From positions 1 to 15,360 of the forward strand of contig CBFIGT010000055.1 in the NCBI GenBank assembly GCA_965662175.1: a stretch of DNA of 15,360 nucleotides, given 5' to 3'. The translations under genes were made by a program, and so were the position numbers. This DNA comes from Arcobacter sp. (GTDB lineage: Bacteria; Campylobacterota; Campylobacteria; Campylobacterales; Arcobacteraceae). The notes under the pieces were generated by a model. It did no database searches. It saw nothing but the letters and a program-made list of their open reading frames with translations, and was not told the origin of the DNA. Positions within the stretch are counted from its first letter, which is position 1, and each line of letters begins with the position of its first letter. This document shows, one piece after another, positions 1-6,085 of this stretch.

Positions 1-922
1 CGATTATTCTGGGAGAGTCTCTTTACTTATTGTAAAACGTCCAGATATGTTTGGTTTTAGAAATCCCGGACTTATGAGAATTCCTATAGAAAATGCAATT
101 AGTGGTGGAGAGAGTGATTGTAGAAATAGAACCATTCATCAAATGTTTTTATTAATAGGTTTGGGTGAAAGAGCAGGTTCTGGTCTACCTAAAATTTTTA
201 GCGGTTGGAGTTCTCAACATTGGTCTAAGCCATTATTATATGAAAAACAAGAGCCTGAACAAACTCTTTTAGAACTTCGTATGATTAATTTATTTGATGA
301 TTCTGTTATAAATAATTTAATAGAAATTTATGGAGATAGATTTAAAAAATTAGATAATACAAAGAGAGTGATTTTGGCTACAACTTATTTAGAAAAAGTA
401 GTTAATCATTCTAGGTTAAATGAAATAATAGATGCTCATTCTCATGATATTTCCACAATTCTAAAACAACTTGTAGAAGATAATTTCTTAAATTCTGATG
501 GTATAGGTCGAGGTAAAGTTTATTTTTTACCTTCAAGAAATTTCAATATTCCAAATGATTTTACTTTTGAAGGTCCGGACATAAGTACAAAAGGTCCGGA
601 CATAAGTACAAAAGGTCCGGATATAATTTATGATTTAAAAATATTAGAATTGGATGAAAGAAATAGACTAGAAAAAATCTCTTATAAAATTAGTAATACC
701 CCTAGAATTAAAGATAAAAATGAATTAAAAGAAATTATTCTTAAGTTATGTTCAAATAAATACATTGCTTTATCTGTTCTATCCCAACTGTTAAATAGGT
801 CATCAGATTCTTTAAGAAAGCACTATCTAAATCCAATGGTAAAAAATGGCAATTTAATTAGAGCTTATGAAACTAAACCTAATCATCCAAATCAAGCATA
901 TAAAGTTTCAGATAATATATAA
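1..922 (+). CDS. 5'-truncated RecG-C/HATPase_c_4-like protein (family usually carrying an N-terminal AlbA_2/Schlafen domain), with winged-HTH and Fic-C-like C-terminal HTH
   Basis: The frame is open from the window edge (DYSGRVSLLIVKRPD-MFGFRNPG), so ATG 47 is internal. Motifs seen: F-RNPG, SDCRNRTI..MF..IGLGERAGSG..KI, GIGRGKVY and C-terminal KPNHPNQAY. The N-terminal domain is outside the window. Confidence 0.75.
   Translation, partial: DYSGRVSLLIVKRPDMFGFRNPGLMRIPIENAISGGESDCRNRTIHQMFLLIGLGERAGSGLPKIFSGWSSQHWSKPLLYEKQEPEQTLLELRMINLFDDSVINNLIEIYGDRFKKLDNTKRVILATTYLEKVVNHSRLNEIIDAHSHDISTILKQLVEDNFLNSDGIGRGKVYFLPSRNFNIPNDFTFEGPDISTKGPDISTKGPDIIYDLKILELDERNRLEKISYKISNTPRIKDKNELKEIILKLCSNKYIALSVLSQLLNRSSDSLRKHYLNPMVKNGNLIRAYETKPNHPNQAYKVSDNI
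570..626 (+). repeat. 21-bp in-frame tandem repeat (about 2.7 copies) encoding GPDISTK
   Basis: AAGGTCCGGACATAAGTACAA at 570-590 and 591-611, then partial AAGGTCCGGATATAA at 612-626. Confidence 0.95.
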
Positions 923-942
923 GAGGATTCTCTTATATATTA
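913..942. terminator. Probable bidirectional terminator hairpin between convergent genes
   Basis: Perfect 13-bp inverted repeat TAATATATAAGAG-gatt-CTCTTATATATTA. It contains both stop codons (920-922 on +, 942-940 on -). Confidence 0.7.
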
Positions 943-2283
943 ATCTCCCCAAGGCTCTGGATTTCCTACTACTTTAAAGATCTTATTATTTACAGCATTA
1001 CAAACATCAATTGCTAGATTTACAAGTCCGCTATATGCTCCATAACTCACCTTTTTTTCTTGATTTACATCCACAAAGGCTACTTTTTTCTTTATGGCTG
1101 TATAAAGGCTTCTTCCCCCTGCTAATAAAATATCTATATTATGTTCATCTATTAGTTTTGCTTGTTCGCTTCCTGGGTCCTTCATCAGTATTTTTACATA
1201 TTTTGCACAAATCTCTTTATCTTCTAGGGTTGCTTTTTTTACGCTAGTTGCTACCACATCAATTCCTATATCTTGTAAGGCTGAAGCTATTGACCAGGTT
1301 TTATTTCCACCTGTATTTAAAATAGCTTTTTTACCCTCTAATATTTTTTTATAGGGTAATAAGGCTTTTTCTAGTTTTTCTTCCTCTTCTTGGATAACTT
1401 TTTCGGCTCTTTTTTTTAGCTCTTCATCTCCAAAGGCATTTACTATACTTTTTATGGCGTTTGTTGTATCTCGTTTTCCATAAAATGAGATACTTATATA
1501 TGGAATATTGTATTTTTCTTGCATTTTTCTTGTTAGGCTGATTAGTGATTTTGCACAAACTATTACATTTAGTTTTGCCCTATGGGCCATTTGGATATTT
1601 TCTATTCTTCCATCACCTGCTAATGTTGAGACGATTTTGATACCTATTTTTTCTAGTATTGGAGTGTATTGCCACATATCACCTGTCACATTATATTCAC
1701 CAATTAAATTTATTCCAAAAGGGTGAATCTCTTCTGGCTCTTTTGTACCTATTAGTTGATGTAAAACTGACTCCCCTCCAAGTCTTGAACCAAGGTTTTT
1801 ACCACCTACAAAACCAGGAGAGTGAATAACTACTACAGGGATACCATGTTTTTGTTCCATACGATTACAGACATTATCCATATCATCACCAATCATAGCT
1901 GTAACACAAGTTTCATATACAAAAATACCTTTTGGATTTTTATGTTCAACTATATAATCAATAGCCTCTTCTAGCTTTTTATCTCCACCAAAAATCACAT
2001 CATTTGTATTTACATCTGTTGTATAACCTGTAATTGTATTATTTTCACCTATATGTGAAGTTAGGGTTTGTCTTGTTTCCCAAGAAGCTCCTATACAAGT
2101 TGCAGGAGAGTGTACTAAGTGAATAACATCAGCATAAGGAAAAAGTGCAATTTGAGCTCCCTCAAATGCACAACCACCACTTGTAGCTCCTGGTTTTGGT
2201 TTGTCACATGATGACTTTTTTATTTTATTGTGAGAACAGGCACTCTCATTTAGTAGCTCTTGAATTAGTTTTTTGTTTACCAT
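940..2283 (-). CDS. nifE: NifE-like nitrogenase FeMo-cofactor scaffold subunit (stand-alone, no adjacent nifN)
   Basis: NifE signatures: CDKPKPGATSGGCAFEGA, HLVHSPATC, YETCVTAMIGDD, PGFVGGKNLGSRLGGE, NLIGEYNVTG, SFYG, TGGNKTWS, AGGR, DVNQE and C-terminal PW. Cys26/38/63/126 are retained. Confidence 0.88.
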   Translation of the reverse strand: MVNKKLIQELLNESACSHNKIKKSSCDKPKPGATSGGCAFEGAQIALFPYADVIHLVHSPATCIGASWETRQTLTSHIGENNTITGYTTDVNTNDVIFGGDKKLEEAIDYIVEHKNPKGIFVYETCVTAMIGDDMDNVCNRMEQKHGIPVVVIHSPGFVGGKNLGSRLGGESVLHQLIGTKEPEEIHPFGINLIGEYNVTGDMWQYTPILEKIGIKIVSTLAGDGRIENIQMAHRAKLNVIVCAKSLISLTRKMQEKYNIPYISISFYGKRDTTNAIKSIVNAFGDEELKKRAEKVIQEEEEKLEKALLPYKKILEGKKAILNTGGNKTWSIASALQDIGIDVVATSVKKATLEDKEICAKYVKILMKDPGSEQAKLIDEHNIDILLAGGRSLYTAIKKKVAFVDVNQEKKVSYGAYSGLVNLAIDVCNAVNNKIFKVVGNPEPWGD

Positions 2284-2318
2284 AATAGACTCTTTGTATT
2301 CAAAATATTTTATAAAGA

Positions 2319-2334
2319 TGCAAAAACTATTCCA
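2319..2334 (-). promoter_or_regulatory. sigma54 (-24/-12) promoter for nifE-like gene
   Basis: Minus strand reads TGGAATAGTTTTTGCA (GG-N10-GC). Predicted +1 near 2308, about 25 nt before the ATG at 2283. Confidence 0.85.
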
Positions 2335-2344
2335 CTATCTATGA

Positions 2345-2360
2345 TGGAACAGTTTTTGCA
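2345..2360 (+). promoter_or_regulatory. sigma54 (-24/-12) promoter for the 2394-5382 operon
   Basis: TGGAACAGTTTTTGCA (GG-N10-GC). Predicted +1 near 2371, followed by RBS AAGGA and ATG 2394. Confidence 0.88.
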
Positions 2361-2393
2361 TAGGTGTATTTAACAAATACAAAAGGAAATAAA

Positions 2394-2780
2394 ATGATTG
2401 CGATACCACTAAGTAAGGATAGTTCAACAATAATTTCAGACCTATATGGAAATGCTCCATATTTTGCACTACTAGATTTAAACTCAGGATACTTTTCTGT
2501 AGCTGAAAATGAGGGTTGTGGAAATGGAATAGAAACTGCACAATGTGTCAAAGATTTAGGAGCAAGTTCAACTCTATTTTTTCATATGGGTGAGGGTGTT
2601 TATAAACAACTAGTAGAAGATGGTATAAAAGTTTATAGTGCATCAAAGGTTTTTTTGACTATTGAAGAGATATATAGAAGTTTTTTAAATAACACATGTA
2701 AGCTTGTAACAGAAGCTAATTATGAGCATCTATTAGATCCAGGGACTAGTTCTTGTTCTTGTGAGTGTGATAAAAACTAA
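2394..2780 (+). CDS. NifB/NifX-family (MTH1175-like) Fe-Mo cluster-binding protein with Cys-rich C-terminal tail
   Basis: MIAIP...ISDLYGNAPYFALLD...GNGIETAQCV...HMGEGVYKQLVEDGIKVY matches the NifX/NifB fold pattern; ends SCSCECDKN. Start moved from GTG 2364 to ATG 2394 because of the AAGGA RBS and because 2364 precedes the predicted +1. Confidence 0.8.
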   Translation: MIAIPLSKDSSTIISDLYGNAPYFALLDLNSGYFSVAENEGCGNGIETAQCVKDLGASSTLFFHMGEGVYKQLVEDGIKVYSASKVFLTIEEIYRSFLNNTCKLVTEANYEHLLDPGTSSCSCECDKN

Positions 2781-2800
2781 AAAGATTAAAAAGTTTTAGT

Positions 2801-3772
2801 ATGGAAAAGAGTTTAGAATATTATCTTAAATTGGATTATCCATTTGAGTGTTATAGTGGTGAGCATGAAGTTGGAGATGCTTTTTTGGTTGAGTTTTTAG
2901 ATTTTGATATAAAAGCCTCAAGTGAAGATGTAGATGAAGCAATAGAAATCGCCCATGACTATTTGAAAGAGCATATAAAAAAAGAGTTAGAAGCTAAAAG
3001 AGAGCTACCAAAACCCAATGAAGGAAGAAGATTTATGAAACATAGAGAAGCATTAGCTGCATATAAAAGTAAAGATTTTGATAAAGCTTTATCAATTTGG
3101 AAAGAAGAAGCAAAACTTAAAAATGACCAAGCTATGGCAAATCTTGGTTTAATGTACTTAAAGGGTGAGGGTGTAGAAAAAGATTATACACTTGCAAAAG
3201 ATTGGTTTGAAAAAGCTAGCTCTTATGATAATGATTCAGCAAACTTCAATTTAGCACTTATGTATCAAACAAAAATAGGTGTTGAAGAGGATTTGGAAAA
3301 GGCAATAGATTATTTTAGACGAGCTGTTTCTAAAAACCATACCCAAGCAGCTTTTAGATTAGCACTTATTTTACTTCAAGATAGACAAAATATAGAGGGT
3401 GTTAAAGAGGGATTTGAGTGTATGTTAAAAGCTGCTAAAAGTGGTCACACTATGGCAACTATTCAACTAACAGGTAGTGATAAAGAGTTACCAAGTGATT
3501 GTGAGTTAAATGAGCAGTTTAGAGCCCAAGATTTAGCAAAACAATTAGAGATTATAAATGACACTTTAGATAGATTTGTAAGACCTATTTTACTTAAAGA
3601 TGGTGGAAATATTTTATTAATTGATTATAAAAACGAACCAGAGATTGAACTTAGACTTGCATATCAAGGTGCTTGTGTTGGGTGTTCTATTGCTAGTACT
3701 GGAACTTATGAGATGATAAAAGGGACTATGGAAAAAGTAATTGATCCAAGAGTTAGAGTATATATATTATGA
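2801..3772 (+). CDS. Fusion protein: HicB-like N-terminal domain + Sel1-like repeats + NifU C-terminal (Nfu) Fe-S domain
   Basis: N-term LEYYLKLDYPF..FLVEFLDF..EDVDEAIEIAHD..ELPKP resembles HicB. Sel1 repeats AMANLGLMYLKGEGVEKDYTLAKDWFEKAS, ANFNLALMY..IGVEEDLEKAIDYFRRA, plus a third degenerate one. C-term VRPILLKDGGNI..LAYQGACVGCS is an Nfu CxxC domain. Confidence 0.82.
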   Translation: MEKSLEYYLKLDYPFECYSGEHEVGDAFLVEFLDFDIKASSEDVDEAIEIAHDYLKEHIKKELEAKRELPKPNEGRRFMKHREALAAYKSKDFDKALSIWKEEAKLKNDQAMANLGLMYLKGEGVEKDYTLAKDWFEKASSYDNDSANFNLALMYQTKIGVEEDLEKAIDYFRRAVSKNHTQAAFRLALILLQDRQNIEGVKEGFECMLKAAKSGHTMATIQLTGSDKELPSDCELNEQFRAQDLAKQLEIINDTLDRFVRPILLKDGGNILLIDYKNEPEIELRLAYQGACVGCSIASTGTYEMIKGTMEKVIDPRVRVYIL

Positions 3773-4128
3773 AAATTGCATTTGCTTCAAAAGATAATAT
3801 TTATGTTAATCAACACTTTGGTTGGTGTAAAGAGTTTTTTATTTATGAGATAAAAGATGACTCTTATACTTTTGTTAAATCAGTTGATTCTTCTATAGAA
3901 ATTGATGATGAGGTAGAGAAACTAATGTATAAAATAGAGTGTTTAGAAGATAGTGATATTTTATATGTACAACAAATAGGACCAAAAGCTTCAAGAATGG
4001 TAAATGCCTCAAAAATATTTCCTATGCAATCTGGAAATGAAGAAGAGAAAATAGAAGATATTTTAAATAAATTGATAAAAATGCAAGAAAATCCTCCTAT
4101 ATGGATGAGAAGATTGATTGCAAATTAA
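3769..4128 (+). CDS. nifX: NifX-family FeMo-cofactor precursor carrier
   Basis: MKIAFASKD...VNQHFGWC..F.IYEI, ILYVQQIGPKA and C-terminal NPPIWMRRL are typical of NifX. ATGA overlap with the upstream gene indicates translational coupling. Confidence 0.78.
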   Translation: MKIAFASKDNIYVNQHFGWCKEFFIYEIKDDSYTFVKSVDSSIEIDDEVEKLMYKIECLEDSDILYVQQIGPKASRMVNASKIFPMQSGNEEEKIEDILNKLIKMQENPPIWMRRLIAN

Positions 4129-4143
4129 AATAATGGATAGCAA

Positions 4144-5382
4144 ATGGACACTTCAAAACCTTTAGAAATAGCACCAAATATCTATTTTATAGGCTCTTTT
4201 GACCCTGATATTAGAACCTTTGATATTATAATGAAAACAGCAAATGGTTCTTCATATAATGCCTATTTGATAAAAACATCTGAGGGTGTGATAATTGTTG
4301 ATACTGTAAAACTAGAGTTTCAAGATGAATTTTTTAAAAAAATAGAATCACTTTGTTCTTATGATGAGATAAAGTATGTGATTTCCCATCACTTAGAACC
4401 TGATCACGCAGGAGCAATTCCAGCTCTTATAAAAAAAGCCCCTCAAGCTAGAGTACTTATTTCTCCACAAGGTGGAAATATGTTAAAAGCTATAACTCAA
4501 AATGAGAACATAGATTTTGAAACAGTTTGGACAAATAAAAGAATAAAACTTGGAGATAAAACTATTAAGTTTCTTACAACGCCATATTTACACTGGCCTG
4601 AGACACTTAGCTCTTATGTTGAAGAGGATAATCTACTTTTTTCAGGGGATGTTTTTGGTAGCCACTATTATGATAAAAGATTGTTTGATGATTTAGTTGG
4701 TGATTTTTCTTATGCTTTTAAATACTATTATGACCATATTATGAGACCTTTTAAATCCTATGTTTTAAATGCTTTAAAACTTTATGATAAATTAGATATT
4801 CAAATAATAGCTACCCTTCATGGGCCTATTATTAGAGAAAAACCATATAAATATATAGAACTATATAGAAAATGGAGTTTAGCAAGACCTGATAATATTA
4901 AACAAAATAATAAAATCATCTCTATTTTTTATCTAACAAGTTATAAAAATACAAGAGATATGGCTGAGGCTATTTTTGAGGGTGCTGAAAGTAATAAAAG
5001 TATAACAGCTAGTTTATATGATTTAGCCTCTGTTGATGAAGCAAATATGATAAATATACTTGAAGAGAGTGATGGTATAATTATTGGAACACCTACAATT
5101 AATGCAGATGCACCAAAACCTGTTTGGGATTTACTCTCTTCTATGATGTATATTGAAAAAAGAGGAAAAACCGGTGGTTCTTTTGGTTCATTTGGTTGGA
5201 GTGGAGAAGCTCCTGATATGATTATTGAGAGAATGAAAGCCTTACATTTTAGGGTTCCCCCAATTGATCCTATGAAAATAAAACTAATTCCTACAAAAAA
5301 AGAGATTGAAGATTGTTTTGATTATGGTGTTGAGTTTGCTGAAATAGTAAATGGAAAAATGATTGAAATGACTATGAATTAA
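4144..5382 (+). CDS. fprA: FprA-family flavodiiron protein (metallo-beta-lactamase diiron domain + flavodoxin domain), O2/NO reductase
   Basis: GSSYNAYLI, DTVK, HHLEPDHAG, LHWPET, FSGDVFGSH and HGP diiron motifs. Flavodoxin motifs GTPTIN and FGSFGWSGEA. Confidence 0.92.
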   Translation: MDTSKPLEIAPNIYFIGSFDPDIRTFDIIMKTANGSSYNAYLIKTSEGVIIVDTVKLEFQDEFFKKIESLCSYDEIKYVISHHLEPDHAGAIPALIKKAPQARVLISPQGGNMLKAITQNENIDFETVWTNKRIKLGDKTIKFLTTPYLHWPETLSSYVEEDNLLFSGDVFGSHYYDKRLFDDLVGDFSYAFKYYYDHIMRPFKSYVLNALKLYDKLDIQIIATLHGPIIREKPYKYIELYRKWSLARPDNIKQNNKIISIFYLTSYKNTRDMAEAIFEGAESNKSITASLYDLASVDEANMINILEESDGIIIGTPTINADAPKPVWDLLSSMMYIEKRGKTGGSFGSFGWSGEAPDMIIERMKALHFRVPPIDPMKIKLIPTKKEIEDCFDYGVEFAEIVNGKMIEMTMN

Positions 5383-5384
5383 TT

Positions 5385-5430
5385 GGTGATGAGTATACAA
5401 AACTTGACTAAAACTTAGATACTCATCACC
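5385..5430. terminator. Long-loop inverted repeat between convergent fprA and response regulator (probable terminator/3' stabiliser)
   Basis: GGTGATGAGTAT (5385-5396) and ATACTCATCACC (5419-5430) form a perfect 12-bp stem with a 22-nt loop. Confidence 0.65.
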
Positions 5431-5437
5431 TATTTGT

Positions 5438-6085
5438 TTATAAAATATTTAATTTGTACCCTATTCCACCTTGAGAAACTATTGTATCTTTTGGTAGTTT
5501 TTTTCTTAATCTTTTGATTAAGGCTCTTATATTTTCATTTGTAGTTAAATCACCCTCCCAAACATACTGTTCAATTTGTTCAAAACTTATCACTTTGTTT
5601 AGATTTTTTGCAAATAAATTAAAGAGTAAAATCTCTTTTTTTGCTAATTTTATCTCATTTTTTTTAATATCTAAAAGTAACTCTTTTTCAATATTATAAA
5701 TAAGATTTTCTTTTAAAACTAACTCTTTTTTAGTGTAATTACAAAGTTTTTCAAGCTTTAACTCAAGCTCATAAATATAAAAAGGTTTTTTCAAATACTC
5801 ATCACAACCTCTTACATAAGCATCTTTTATTGTCTCTAACTCTACATTTGCACTTATTATGATTGAGGGTGTTTTATCATCCATAACTCTTATCTCTTTT
5901 AATAAAGTAAGACCATCAATTCCTGGAACATTTATATCTAAAATAAAACAGTCATATCCATTATATATGGCTTCAAGGGCTTCTTTTCCATTTTCAAACC
6001 AATCAATATGATAGTTTTTTGCCTCTAAAGCATCAATAATTAAACTTGATAATCTTTTATTATCTTCAAGTAATAATATTTTCAT
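5438..6085 (-). CDS. OmpR-family DNA-binding response regulator
   Basis: Receiver domain: LLLEDN, FILDINVPGIDG, IISA, YLKKPF. Winged helix: VWEG...IRALIKRLRKKL...GIGYKL. Overlaps the kinase stop by 4 bp. Confidence 0.93.
   Translation of the reverse strand: MKILLLEDNKRLSSLIIDALEAKNYHIDWFENGKEALEAIYNGYDCFILDINVPGIDGLTLLKEIRVMDDKTPSIIISANVELETIKDAYVRGCDEYLKKPFYIYELELKLEKLCNYTKKELVLKENLIYNIEKELLLDIKKNEIKLAKKEILLFNLFAKNLNKVISFEQIEQYVWEGDLTTNENIRALIKRLRKKLPKDTIVSQGGIGYKLNIL

Noticed and set aside
570..626. 21-bp repeat as a CRISPR array
   Set aside because: Copies are directly adjacent with no spacers, lie in frame within a CDS, and no cas genes are present.
1011..1726. Short + strand ORFs 1011-1247 and 1508-1726
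   Set aside because: Antisense shadows of nifE with no RBS or recognisable motifs.
940..2283. Calling this gene nifD, vnfE/anfD or a chlorophyllide reductase subunit
   Set aside because: Motifs (KPKPGAT.GGC, GGKNLG, TGG.K.WS, NQE) are NifE-type and the NifD FeMo-co His motif is absent. An alternative-nitrogenase role is not supported by anything in this window.
2200..2520. Canonical NifA UAS (TGT-N10-ACA) near the divergent promoters
   Set aside because: Only near-misses found by eye (e.g. TGT-N10-ACT at 2229, TGT-N11-ACA at 2365). A computational scan would be needed to exclude more distant sites.
2335..2551. Minus-strand ORFs 2335-2541 and 2339-2551
   Set aside because: Antisense to the NifX-fold gene and running across its promoter; no support.
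2776..2800. ACTAAAA...TTTTAGT inverted repeat just before ATG 2801
   Set aside because: A 7-bp AT-rich stem with an 11-nt loop is too weak to distinguish from chance.
2801..3016. A functional hicAB toxin-antitoxin locus
   Set aside because: No hicA-like ORF adjacent and no DNA-binding tail; the domain is fused in frame to Sel1/Nfu.
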